In this document: piece by piece, positions 44,172 through 58,422 of the stretch
Layout of the letters: each line of letters starts with the position of its first letter
How positions within the stretch are numbered: the first letter of the stretch is position 1
DNA from: an uncultured Chloroflexia bacterium
GTDB taxonomy: Bacteria > Chloroflexota > Limnocylindria > Limnocylindrales > CSP1-4
Reading direction: 5' to 3'
NCBI GenBank assembly: GCA_963813335.1
Contig: CAWEYL010000001.1
Coordinates: forward strand, 487,567 to 551,566
Length of the DNA stretch: 64,000 nucleotides
Translations under genes and position numbers: made by a program
Notes under the pieces: model-generated
The model's input: the letters and a program-made list of their open reading frames with translations, nothing else
Databases searched by the model: none
What the model was told of the DNA's origin: nothing

Positions 44172-44625
44172 GCTGCTCCTCCCCTGGGTTCGTGCCCGGG
44201 CCGGGCTGCCACGCAGTCTCTCACCGAGTGGGCGGCGGATCACGGGATTTCCGGCTGCTCGCATCGGGACCATCGGCCACTCGGGGCACGGGCGCCGACC
44301 CGGCAGGATCCTCGCCGACGGAACGCTATGGCCGAACCCATGCCCGTCTCGGCTGATTTGGCCCGTCACGACGTTCCGTTCGTGCGTGGATGCGGTCGGA
44401 AGATGTCGTCGGCCCATCGATTCGGGCCATCTTCTGGCCGTTACGTTCCGCTGGTGGTCGTTGTGCCGGGTACGCAGGTTCGGTGGCGATCTTGGCGACT
44501 TGGCCGGGCAACCGTTCGAACGTCCGGCAAGCGGCCGTCGGACCACCGGGACCATCGGGCGTTTGACAGGATCGGCCGCCGCGCCGAGGCTGTCCGCTGT
44601 CATCTGTGCTCATCGAAGGAGACCC

Positions 44626-45402
44626 ATGTCCCGCCGACTCCCCGCCGTGTTCGCGCTCGTCGCGGGCGCCGCGATCGCCCTCACCGCCTGCAGCGGCACG
44701 CCCGCCGCCCCGGCCCTGTCCACGCCGGACGAGATCATCACCGCCGCCCTCAAGTCCACCGAGACCGCCAAGAGCTTCCACGCCGACGTCACCGTCGACG
44801 GCAAGATCTCGGGCGACGTCATGGGGACCGGCGCCGCCCAGTCGTTCGACCTTGCGGGCACCACCGCCTCGGCCGACGTCGACATCGCCAACAAGGCCGT
44901 CCATGCCTCCTTCGCCGTCCCGGCGCTGCTGGGCCTCTCGGGCGACGTGATCGCCGTGGCCGGGAAGACGTACGTGAAGACCTCCCTGACCGGGCCCCTG
45001 TACACGGTCAGCGACACCAAGGACACGGCCGGCGTCGACCCGTCCGACACGGGCAAGACCATCGACAACGTGGGCGACCTTCTGAAGCAGCCAGGGATCG
45101 AACCGACCAAGGGTGACGACGTCGCCTGCGGTTCCAAGCAGTGCTACACCGTCAACGTCGACCTGACCGCCGACGAGCTGACCAAGATCGCTGGTGCGCA
45201 GGCCAGCAGCCTCCCGGTGAAGACCGACGGCACGCTCAAGGTCCAGATCCGCGTCGAGAAGGACACGAACCACCTGGCCGGGGCGACCGTCGAGGTCGCG
45301 TCGCCGTCCCAGGGCAACCTGAAGGTCGACATCGTCATCTCGAAGTGGGACGAGCCGGTCACGATCTCGGCCCCGCCGGCCGACCAGATCAAGGCCGCCT
45401 GA
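44626..45402 (+). CDS. LppX/LprG/LprA-family lipoprotein (lipid-binding lipoprotein family)
   Basis: AAGGAG RBS. Signal peptide with lipobox (LTACSG). Body resembles the LppX_LprAFG fold family (KSFHADVTVDGKISGD...AGKTYVKTS...). Confidence 0.6.
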   Translation: MSRRLPAVFALVAGAAIALTACSGTPAAPALSTPDEIITAALKSTETAKSFHADVTVDGKISGDVMGTGAAQSFDLAGTTASADVDIANKAVHASFAVPALLGLSGDVIAVAGKTYVKTSLTGPLYTVSDTKDTAGVDPSDTGKTIDNVGDLLKQPGIEPTKGDDVACGSKQCYTVNVDLTADELTKIAGAQASSLPVKTDGTLKVQIRVEKDTNHLAGATVEVASPSQGNLKVDIVISKWDEPVTISAPPADQIKAA

Positions 45403-45428
45403 CCCGCCGCTGACGCACGACGGCGGGC
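45401..45428 (+). terminator. hairpin gcccgccg-N11-cggcgggc after the lipoprotein gene
   Basis: 8-bp GC stem directly after the stop codon. Confidence 0.4.
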
Positions 45429-45470
45429 CGCCGGGCCTGTCGCCGTGCGGGCGCGCAAAGCCGCGCCACC

Positions 45471-45476
45471 TACAAT
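45471..45476 (+). promoter_or_regulatory. -10 box TACAAT 7 nt upstream of the uvrD GTG (leaderless transcript)
   Basis: Consensus-like -10 hexamer in a 70% GC context. No room for an RBS. Confidence 0.5.
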
Positions 45477-45482
45477 GGCCGG

Positions 45483-48171
45483 GTGAGCCCCACCCGTCGC
45501 CGACGCCCGGCCGACACCGCCACTGACGAGGCCGCCGCGGCCACCGCGGAAGCGGTCGGCACGGCCTTCGCCGCGCTCGACGACGCCGCCGCCACGCCCG
45601 ACGAGCCCGCCTGGCTGCGGGACGCTCCCGGCCCGGGCGACGACCCGGCGGGCAGGGCGCCGGCCGCCGATCCGGCCGCTATCGCCGCGCGCCGCGCCGC
45701 GCGCATCGAGGAGATCGTCCGGGCCCTCAACCCGGAGCAGGCGCGGGCCGTCACGACGACCGAAGGGCCCCTCCTGATCCTTGCCGGAGCCGGGTCGGGC
45801 AAGACGCGCGTGCTCGCCCACCGGATCGCCTACCTCGTGGGGGTCAACGGGGTGGCGCCCTGGCGGATCCTCGCGGTCACGTTCACCAACCGCGCGGCCG
45901 CCGAGCTCCGCGAGCGGATCATCAGCCTCGTCGGCGAGCCGGGCCGCGACGTCCAGGCCGGCACGTTCCATGCGTTGTGCGCGCGGGTCCTCCGCCAGGA
46001 CGGCGAGGCCATCGGGGTCGACCGCCGCTTCGTGATCTACGACACCGACGACCAGCAGTCGCTGATGAAGCAGATCCTCAAGGAAGAGGACATGCCGCTG
46101 ACCGGCGAGTTCCGGCCGAGCGCGGTCCTCGGCGCGATCAGCCGCGCCAAGAACGAGATGCTGGACCCCACGTTCCTGTCCGAGAACGCCGCGAACCACC
46201 GGGAGCGGACGATCGCGCGGCTGGCGTCCCGCTACCAGGCCCGCCTCCGGCAGTCGAAGGCGCTCGACTTCGACGACCTGTTGCTCGAGGCCGTCCGCCT
46301 CTTCGACGAGGCCCCCGACGTGCTCGCCAAGTACCAGGAGAAGTGGCGCTACCTCCACGTCGACGAATACCAGGACACCAACCGGCGCGCAGTACCTGTG
46401 GGTCAAGTCCCTGGCCGCCGCGCACCGCAACCTGTGCGTCGTCGGCGACGACGACCAGTCGATCTACAGCTGGCGTGGGGCGGACCTGCGCAACATCCTC
46501 GACTTCGAGCGCGACTGGCCGGACGCGACGGTCGTCAAGCTCGAGCAGAACTACCGCTCGACGCAGCTGATCCTCGACGCCGCCCACGCCGTGGTCTCGC
46601 GCAACAGCGCCCGCAAGGACAAGAAGCTCTGGACGGAGAACCAGGGCGGCCTCCGGATCCAGCGCTTCGAGGCCTACAACGAGGACGAGGAGGCGGAGTG
46701 GATCGCCCGCCAGGTCGAGAGCCTCGTCGGGGGACGGGGGAGCGCGCTGACCCGGCGCGCCGACGACGACGAGGCGGACCAGCGCTTCCGGGCGCGCGAC
46801 ATCGCCGTGATGTACCGGATGAACGCCCAGTCCCGCGCGATCGAGGAATCGTTCCTGCGCTACGGGATCCGCTACCAGCTGGTCGGGGGCACGCGCTTCT
46901 ACGCCCGGCGCGAGGTCAAGGACGCGCTGGCCTACCTGCGGATCCTCCGCTCCGACACCGACAGCGTCAGCTTCGAGCGGATCATCAACGTCCCGGCGCG
47001 CGGCATCGGCGACAAGACCATCGAGGTCCTGCGCGCGGCCGCCGCTCGCGAGGACGGCACGACCTGGGGCGCGATCGAGGCCGCCGCGAACGGCACGCTC
47101 GAGGGGCTCGCGCCACGCACCCGCAACGCGCTGGCCGAGTTCGCCGCGCTGGTCCGCCGGCTCCGGGCGCGGATCGGCGTGCTGGCCCTCCCCGAGCTGC
47201 TCGACGAGGCGCTGGAGGCGTCGGGCTATCGGGCGATGCTCGCGGACGGCTCCGAGGAGGGCGAGGAGCGCTGGGCCAACCTGCTCGAGCTGCGCCTCGT
47301 CACCACCCGTTACGACGACCTCGCGCCGGACGACGCGCTCGACCGGCTGCTCGAGGAGACCGCCCTCGTGGCCGATCAGGACTCGTACGAGGGCGATGCC
47401 GACGCGGTGACGCTGATCACGCTCCACGCCGCCAAGGGCCTGGAGTTCCCGGTGGTCTTCATCGCCGGCCTCGAGGAGGGGCTCTTCCCGCACAGCCGGG
47501 CCCTCGACGACGAGAAGGAGCTCGAGGAGGAGCGCCGCCTCGCGTACGTGGGCATCACCCGCGCGAAGCGGCGGCTGTACCTGTCGCACGCGTGGCGCCG
47601 CGCGACCTGGGGGATGGGCCAGGCCGCGGTCCCGTCGCGGTTCCTGCTCGAGATCCCGGCCGAGCTGATGGTCGGCCCGCGGCTCGACGGCGACGACGAC
47701 CGCGAGCTGGACCTCGACCTCGTCTTCGGGGCGCGGCGGACCAGCCGCTTCAACACGCCGACGCGGGGGAGCGGCGGGCGCGGGGCGTTCCGCGAGGGCA
47801 GCGGCCGGCCCGGCGCACCGGTCGCCGGTGAGCCGTTCCGCCCGAGCCGCGACCTCGCCGCGAAGCGCGAGGCGTTCGCCGCCGGGGCGCAGTCCGGCTC
47901 GCTGCGCCGTCCGGTCCGGGCCTGGGACGACGACCTCGAGACGCCGGCCGCGGCTCGGCCCGCGGCCCCGGCCGCCCCGCGTCCGGTCATCCCGGGCGAA
48001 CGCCGGTTCCGCGACGGCGACCGGGTGCGCCACGGCCGCTGGGGCGATGGCATCGTGGTGACCTCGAAGCTCACGCGCAGCGATGAGGAGGTCACGGTCG
48101 CGTTCAAGGACCCCGCGGTCGGGCGCAAGCAGATGCTGGCGAGCCTCGCCAACCTCGAGATCGTCGGGTGA
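45483..48171 (+). CDS. uvrD: ATP-dependent DNA helicase UvrD/PcrA (frameshift about 46385)
   Basis: Helicase motifs AGAGSGKTRVL, VDEYQDTN, VGDDDQSIYSWRGA, TLHAAKGLEFPVVF, VGITRA. 1-nt insertion after YQDTN. Long basic/Ala-Pro C-terminal tail. Confidence 0.85.
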
Positions 48172-49259
48172 GCGACGGGAACACGGGCCTCGAGGGGGTG
48201 GTGACCCTGCGCGATTTCGAGCCGCTCGCCCGGGCCGCCATGGACCCGGCCGCCTTCGGCTACGTCGCCGGCGGGTCGTGGGACGAGGTCACCCTCGCCG
48301 AGAACGAGGCGGCCTGGCGCCGCCGCCGCTTCCGGCCGCGCGTGCTCGTCGACGTCTCGGCCATCGACCCGTCGACGACGATGCTGGGCGTCCCGGTCGC
48401 CATGCCGGTCGCCGTCGCGCCGATGGCGGTCCAGGGCCTGGCCCATCCCGACGGAGAGCTGGCGGCCGTGCGCGGCGCCGCGGCGTCCGGCGTGCCGTAC
48501 ATCCTCTCGACGACCTCGTCGCGCTCCATCGAGGAGGTCGCCGCCGCGGCCCCCGACGCGACGCGCTGGTTCCAGCTCTACGTCCAGTCGGACGTCGCCC
48601 GGACACGCCCCTTGGTGGAGCGCGCCGCGGCGTCCGGCTACGGGGCGATCGTCCTGACGGTCGACCTCCCGGTACTCGGCTATCGCGACCGCGATCGGCG
48701 CTCCGGGTTCGCGCTGCCGCCGCTCGGCAACTTCCGCGAGGTCGGTGCCACGCACGGCGGCCACGCCGACGGCGAGCCGGAGTTGCAGCACGAGACGGCG
48801 CTGACGTGGGCGGACCTGGCCGAGATCCGGAGCTGGTCGAACCTGCCGCTCGTGCTGAAGGGGATCCTCACCGCCGAGGATGCCCGGATCGCCGTCGAGC
48901 ACGGCGTCGACGCGATCATCGTCAGCAACCACGGCGCCCGGCAGCTCGATCGTGTCCAGCCGGGGATCGACGCCCTGGCGGAGGTGGTGGCGGCGGCCGG
49001 CGGCCGGACGGAGGTCTGGGTCGACGGCGGCGTCCGCCGCGGCCTCGATATCGCGATCGCCCTCGCCCTCGGCGCTTGCGGCGTCCTCGTCGGCCGGCCG
49101 GTCTACTGGGCGCTGGCGGCCGGCGGGCAGGCCGGCGTCGAGCGCGCGTTCGCGATCTTGCGCGACGAATTCGAGATCGCGCTCGCCCTGCTTGGCGCCC
49201 GGACGCCCGCCGAGGTCCGCCCCGAACACCTCGTCGATCAGGGGACGACGCCCGCCTGA
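48168..49259 (+). CDS. FMN-dependent alpha-hydroxy acid dehydrogenase/oxidase (lactate/glycolate oxidase family)
   Basis: GTG start overlapping the uvrD stop. SNHGARQLD active-site motif. TIM-barrel FMN family. Confidence 0.85.
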   Translation: MSDGNTGLEGVVTLRDFEPLARAAMDPAAFGYVAGGSWDEVTLAENEAAWRRRRFRPRVLVDVSAIDPSTTMLGVPVAMPVAVAPMAVQGLAHPDGELAAVRGAAASGVPYILSTTSSRSIEEVAAAAPDATRWFQLYVQSDVARTRPLVERAAASGYGAIVLTVDLPVLGYRDRDRRSGFALPPLGNFREVGATHGGHADGEPELQHETALTWADLAEIRSWSNLPLVLKGILTAEDARIAVEHGVDAIIVSNHGARQLDRVQPGIDALAEVVAAAGGRTEVWVDGGVRRGLDIAIALALGACGVLVGRPVYWALAAGGQAGVERAFAILRDEFEIALALLGARTPAEVRPEHLVDQGTTPA

Positions 49260-49403
49260 GCGATCCCGAAGCGCGACCCCGTCGTCACCGCGCCGGCATC
49301 GTCCGCCGGAGCCGTTCCGTGGCAGGGTGGAGGTCGAGTGGTCCGCTTCGCGGGTCCCGGTGACCGCTCCTTCCTCCCCTTGACGACCCTTCGAGGCTTT
49401 CCC

Positions 49404-49631
49404 ATGTCCGAACACGCCCGGATGCTCGACCTGATCGAGCGTACCGTCGATCTCGACCCTGCCTGCCCCGCCTGCGGCGCCCCGACCACGGTCGCCGAGC
49501 GGGGTGGCCATCTCTTCCTCGTCTGCACGGCGGCCGAGGCCGCCGACGGCCTGGTCGCCCGGATCGAGGCGGTATTCACGCCACACGTCCGACGCGAGAT
49601 CGTCGACCTCGCGGAGGCCCTCGCCGCCTGA
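49404..49631 (+). CDS. small Cys-motif protein (CPACGAP...C), unknown
   Basis: 75 aa ORF directly upstream of ligA. Possible zinc ribbon. Confidence 0.4.
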   Translation: MSEHARMLDLIERTVDLDPACPACGAPTTVAERGGHLFLVCTAAEAADGLVARIEAVFTPHVRREIVDLAEALAA

Positions 49632-52261
<2,630 letters not shown>

Positions 52262-52271
52262 GGAGGATCCG

Positions 52272-52793
52272 ATGACCAGCCCCGACCCGATCCGCGACGC
52301 GGCTGCCTACCAGCAGAGCCTGCTGGCCGCGCTCGGCGGCGACGACCCCGCGGAGGTCCAGGCGGCGACGCCCGCGGTGATCCGCGCCCTCGTGGCGGAG
52401 GCGGGGCCGGACCTGCGCACGCGGCCCGAGCCGGGCGAGTGGTCGGTGCTGGGGTGCCTCACCCACATCGCCGACGCCGAGCTGGTCATGGCCGGCCGCT
52501 ACCGCTGGGTGGTGGCCCACGACGAGCCCGAGATCATCGGCTACGACCAGGACCTGTGGGTCGCGCGCCTCCACGAGGGCGACGACCCGGCGGCGATGCT
52601 CGCGCTGTTCGAGGCGCTCCGGGCGGCGAACCTGGCCCTCTGGGCGAGGACGTCTCCCGCCGACCACGAGCGGATCGGCCGGCACCGCGAGCGCGGCGCG
52701 GAGAGCTTCGACCTGATGTTCCGGATGATCGGCGGCCACGACCGGGTCCACCTCGCCCAGGCCCGGCGGGCGCTCGCGCAGGTCCGCGGCTAG
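52272..52793 (+). CDS. DinB/YfiT-like (DinB_2) family protein
   Basis: GGAGGA RBS. Histidine-containing four-helix-bundle-like pattern (LTHIADAELV...HDRVHLAQ). Confidence 0.45.
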   Translation: MTSPDPIRDAAAYQQSLLAALGGDDPAEVQAATPAVIRALVAEAGPDLRTRPEPGEWSVLGCLTHIADAELVMAGRYRWVVAHDEPEIIGYDQDLWVARLHEGDDPAAMLALFEALRAANLALWARTSPADHERIGRHRERGAESFDLMFRMIGGHDRVHLAQARRALAQVRG

Positions 52794-52806
52794 GGCCGCG
52801 GCTCGG

Positions 52807-53370
52807 TCAGCGTCGCCGGACGGCGTAGCGCTCCATGAGCTCGCTCACCGCGGCGCGGGCCGCCGCCCATTCGGGCTGATCGCCGAAGATCTCGCCGTCC
52901 GCCCCCCAGCGCCGGAGCTGGGTCATCGCGGTGACGATCGCGTCATGGGCGATCTGGCGCTGCCGGCCCGCCTCGATCTGGCCGGTCACGAGGTAGCGGC
53001 GCACGACGTCGAACGGCGCCGTCCAGCGGCCCCAGCGGAGCCGGTCGCCCTCGCGCAGCGTCTCGAGCCACTCGTCGTCGCCGACGGGATGGCGGTCGTG
53101 CTCGGCGCGATGGTGGACGAGGTCCACCCGCAGCCCGGGGAGTGCCAGGCTCGGCAGGCGCCCGTCCTCGTCGACCGTGACGTAGCAGACGGGACAGACC
53201 GGGAGCTCGGCGTCCGCCCGCGGCGCGGCGCCGTACGGGAGGCCGCAGCGCCGGCAGAACGTCACGTCCGCCCGGACCGCTGGCGTGCCGCACTGGAGGC
53301 AGACCGGGGTCGCGGCGGGGATGGTGGAGGTCACCCGGGCAGGATGCGGGCGCGCGCCCGGGTCCTCCAA
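52807..53370 (-). CDS. zinc-ribbon protein, unknown function
   Basis: CLQCGTP...CRRCG and CPVCYV Cys pairs followed by a helical C-terminal domain. The exact start is uncertain. Confidence 0.5.
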   Translation of the reverse strand: MEDPGARPHPARVTSTIPAATPVCLQCGTPAVRADVTFCRRCGLPYGAAPRADAELPVCPVCYVTVDEDGRLPSLALPGLRVDLVHHRAEHDRHPVGDDEWLETLREGDRLRWGRWTAPFDVVRRYLVTGQIEAGRQRQIAHDAIVTAMTQLRRWGADGEIFGDQPEWAAARAAVSELMERYAVRRR

Positions 53371-53425
53371 TCACCCCATCGAGGGAGCGACGGTCAGCCA
53401 GGAGTCCGGTGCGTCGGCGCCACAC

Positions 53426-54286
53426 CTAGCCGAGGGCATGGTTGAACTGGCCCCAGATCGCCTCGGGCTGCCAGTCGAGCGGCTCGCCGCGGGCCAGTCG
53501 CGGCGCTCGCCAGGCCTCGGTCCAGCCGGCGGTGACCAGGCGCTCGAGCCCCGCCGCGTTGTCGGCGAGGACGCCGGCCCGGACGTGGCGGTCCGGCCCG
53601 GTGCGGCGGCGCCGCGCTTCGAGGATGGCGAGCGCGACCTCGGGATCAGGGGCGATGGTGGCGCCGCCGCCCCACGGCGCCCGGACCACGAACCCGGCGA
53701 GCCCGTCGGCCGGGTCGTCGAGGACGGTGGCCGAGTCTGGCGTCGCGAACGCGCGCAGCAGGTGGGCGCGGTCCTCGCCCGTCGCGGCGCGGTCGAGGCG
53801 GGCCATCGCCCCGAGGTCGTCGGGGCGGAACGGACGGACCCGGGGGTCGGGCGGGCCAGCGGCCATGCGACCGCTTGCGTCGGGGCCGGTCCCGGGCGCC
53901 TCCACGACGACGATCGAGGTCTGGAGCTCGAAGCCCAGCTTCTCGTAGAGGGGCCGGCCGACCTCCGTCGCGACGAGGACCGAGGTCCGGCAGCCGGCGT
54001 CGGCCGCCACGTCCATGACCGCGCCGGTGAGGCGCTCGCCGATGCCTTCGCGCCGCCGGTCGGGGACGACCCAGATCGTGCCGATCCAGGCGACCGGTCC
54101 GTTGACCGTGGCGACCGCGCTCCCGAGGCGCCGGCCATCCGCGTCGACCGCGACCACCGGCCGGCAGGCCGGGTGGGTCACGACGAACTCGAACCACGCC
54201 TGGCGGGCGCCCCAGTGGTCCGCGGCGATGGCGTCGGCGAGCGGGCCGCTGTCGTCCGCGGTCATCGGCCGGATCTCGATCCCCAT
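53426..54286 (-). CDS. tandem GNAT-domain N-acetyltransferase
   Basis: Two acetyl-CoA-binding-like segments (VVPDRRREGIGERL and a second half). Overall similarity to two-domain GNATs. Confidence 0.6.
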   Translation of the reverse strand: MGIEIRPMTADDSGPLADAIAADHWGARQAWFEFVVTHPACRPVVAVDADGRRLGSAVATVNGPVAWIGTIWVVPDRRREGIGERLTGAVMDVAADAGCRTSVLVATEVGRPLYEKLGFELQTSIVVVEAPGTGPDASGRMAAGPPDPRVRPFRPDDLGAMARLDRAATGEDRAHLLRAFATPDSATVLDDPADGLAGFVVRAPWGGGATIAPDPEVALAILEARRRRTGPDRHVRAGVLADNAAGLERLVTAGWTEAWRAPRLARGEPLDWQPEAIWGQFNHALG

Positions 54287-54338
54287 GTCGGCATCGTACC
54301 GAGCGCCTGCCCGGCCGGTGGCCCGGTATCATCGGGGC

Positions 54339-54635
54339 ATGGCCACCCTGACCCGCGCCGACGTCGAGCACGTCGCCCACCTCGCGCGCCTCGGGCTGAC
54401 GGACGAGGAGCTCGGCCGTCTCGAGGGGCAGCTCAACCATATCCTCGACCAGTACGCGATCCTCGCCGAGGTCCCGACCGACCACATCGCCCCGACGGCG
54501 CAGACCATCGAGCTGGAGAACATCCTGCGCGACGACGTCGTCGTGCCGTCGCTGCCGGTCGCGGACGTCGTCGGCAACGCCGCCGAGCACGAGGGCGACC
54601 TGATCGTGGTGCCCGCCATCCTGGGCGGCGACTGA
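54339..54635 (+). CDS. gatC: Asp-tRNA(Asn)/Glu-tRNA(Gln) amidotransferase subunit C
   Basis: 98 aa. VAHLARLGLTDEEL, IAPTAQ. Confidence 0.85.
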   Translation: MATLTRADVEHVAHLARLGLTDEELGRLEGQLNHILDQYAILAEVPTDHIAPTAQTIELENILRDDVVVPSLPVADVVGNAAEHEGDLIVVPAILGGD

Positions 54636-54640
54636 GCGCG

Positions 54641-56173
<1,533 letters not shown>

Positions 56174-56252
56174 TCCACCCGGCCGACATCGGGCCGAGCG
56201 GCACTTGGCGGGACTGCCGCCACGCGGCGCAGCATCCTCGCGGAGGTGACAC

Positions 56253-57108
56253 ATGCGAGCCCGTTTGATGCTGGCCGGCGTGGCCGTCGGGCGTGGCGGC
56301 CGGGATGGCCGTCTCGCAAGCCCGCCAGTGGCGGCGGACCTGGGGGATCGATCCCGATGAGACCACCCGGGCGCTGCCCGGCGACGACGTGGTCACCGAT
56401 CCCGTCGCGAGCGAGACCCGTGGGATCACCATCGCGGCGACCCCCGACCGCATCTGGCCGTGGCTCGTGCAGATGGGCTTCGGCAAGGCCGGCTGGTACA
56501 GCTACGACCAGCTCGACCAGCGCGGCGCGAGCTCGGACGAGATCGTCCCGGCGTGGGGCGAGCTCAAGCTCGGCGACATCATGCCGACCCATCCGGGCGG
56601 CGGGTTCGAGGTCGTGGAGTTCCAGCCCGACCGGGCGCTGGTCCTGCGCTCGGACACCGCCCTCGTGCAGGCGCAGGCCCAGGCCTGGGCGGCGCGGACC
56701 GGCAGCGAGCCGGTCGAGACGTCGACCCGGGGCGTCGCGGCCTCGGGCGCGATCCTGAACCAGACCCCCCAGCAGTTCTCGGCCAGCTGGGCGTTCGTCA
56801 TCGAGCCGCTCGAGGGCGGGCGGTCGCGCCTGATCGAGCGCTTCCGCGTCTGGTACGGCGAGTCGGGCATGGCGTCGCACGTGGTGATGCCGGTCGTCGG
56901 CTTCGGGGTCTTCGTGATGATGCAGCGTCAGATGACCGGCATCCGCACCCGTGCGGAGCGCCTGGCCCGGACCCGCGTGACGCCGCCGGCGCCGATCCAC
57001 CCAGAGATCCCGGCCGAGCCACGGCCGGCCGGGGAGCCGATGGCACCAGCGAAGCCGTCGGCCAAGGGTCCGAGCGGCCCCGAGCTTGTCACCGCGCCCG
57101 CCGACTGA
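56253..57108 (+). CDS. SRPBCC/START-like family protein with N-terminal hydrophobic segment (frameshift about 56285)
   Basis: ATG with GGAGG RBS. 1-nt insertion splits MRARLMLAGVAVG from VAAGMAVSQA. The rest shows a polyketide-cyclase-like pattern. Confidence 0.5.
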
Positions 57109-57195
57109 CGACGGGCGCCGATCGGGGAGCGCGCCGGCGGCCGCGAGCCGCCGGCGCGCGGTGGGGCGCCCGGATGCCGTAGGCTCAGGGGCGTC

Positions 57196-58392
57196 ATGAC
57201 GACCGACCGCCTCGTGCCTCTTGCGGAGCGTGCGCTGGCCCAGCGCGTGCTGGACGTGCCGCCGTCCGGGATCCGCCGGTTCTTCGACATCCTCGCGACC
57301 ATGGACGACGTCATCAGCCTCGGCGTCGGCGAGCCCGACTTCGACACGCCACGCGCGATCGTCGAGGCCGGCGTCGAGTCGCTCCGCGAGGGGCGCACGC
57401 ACTACACCTCGAACTACGGCACCCTGGAGCTGCGGCGGGCGCTCTCCGAGCACCTCGAGCGGCGCTACGGCGTCCGCTACGACCCGGCGACGGAGATCCT
57501 CATCACGGTCGGGGCGTCGGAGGCGGTCGACCTCGCCCTGCGAGCGACGTGCGACCCGGGCGACGAGGTGATCCTCCACGAGCCCTCCTACGTGGCCTAC
57601 GTCCCGGCGATCGTCTTCGCCGGCGGGACCGTCCGCCACGTGGCGACACGCTTCGAGGACGACTTCGCGCTGGACCCGGCGGCCGTCGAGGCCGCGATCA
57701 CGCCGCGCACCAAGGCGCTCTTCCTCGGCTATCCGTGCAACCCGACCGGGGCCGTCCTGCCGCCGGCCATCCAGGACGCCCTGGCCGACATCGCGGTCCG
57801 TCACGACCTCCTCGTCTACAGCGACGAGATCTACGACCGGCTGGCCTACGGGACCTACACCCATCGCGCGATGAGCGCGCTGCCGGGGATGCGCGAGCGG
57901 ACGATCCTGATGGGCGGCTTCTCGAAGGCGTACGCGATGACCGGCTGGCGCGTCGGCTACGTGGCGGCGCCCGCGTCGATCCTCGAGGGCATCGTCAAGG
58001 TCCACCAGTACGGGATCATGTCGGCGCCGACGATGGCCCAGGACGCCGCGCTGGTGGCCGTCATCGAGGGCGAGCCGGACGTCGAGCGGATGCGTGCCGA
58101 GTACGACCGCCGCCGCCGGCTGATCGTGGACGGGCTGAACGCGCTCGGCCTCGAGACGTTCGAGCCGCGCGGCGCCTTCTACGCGTTCCCGCGGATCACC
58201 TCGACCGGGCTGACCGACGAGGCCTTCACCGAGGGCCTTCTCACGCAGGAGCGCGTCGCGGTCGTGCCGGGCAGCGCCTTCGGGCCATCCGGGGCCGGCC
58301 ACGTGCGCATGTGCTACGCGACGTCGTACGAGCGGCTCGAGGAGGCGCTCCGCCGGATCGGCCGGTTCGTCGAGCGGACGCGAGCCGCCTGA
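57196..58392 (+). CDS. PLP-dependent aminotransferase class I/II (aspartate aminotransferase-like)
   Basis: Intact 398 aa. PLP lysine region (GGFSKAYAMTGWRVGY). Confidence 0.85.
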   Translation: MTTDRLVPLAERALAQRVLDVPPSGIRRFFDILATMDDVISLGVGEPDFDTPRAIVEAGVESLREGRTHYTSNYGTLELRRALSEHLERRYGVRYDPATEILITVGASEAVDLALRATCDPGDEVILHEPSYVAYVPAIVFAGGTVRHVATRFEDDFALDPAAVEAAITPRTKALFLGYPCNPTGAVLPPAIQDALADIAVRHDLLVYSDEIYDRLAYGTYTHRAMSALPGMRERTILMGGFSKAYAMTGWRVGYVAAPASILEGIVKVHQYGIMSAPTMAQDAALVAVIEGEPDVERMRAEYDRRRRLIVDGLNALGLETFEPRGAFYAFPRITSTGLTDEAFTEGLLTQERVAVVPGSAFGPSGAGHVRMCYATSYERLEEALRRIGRFVERTRAA

Positions 58393-58422
58393 CCCGAGGG
58401 CGGGCCGGACCGCCCGGACCGC

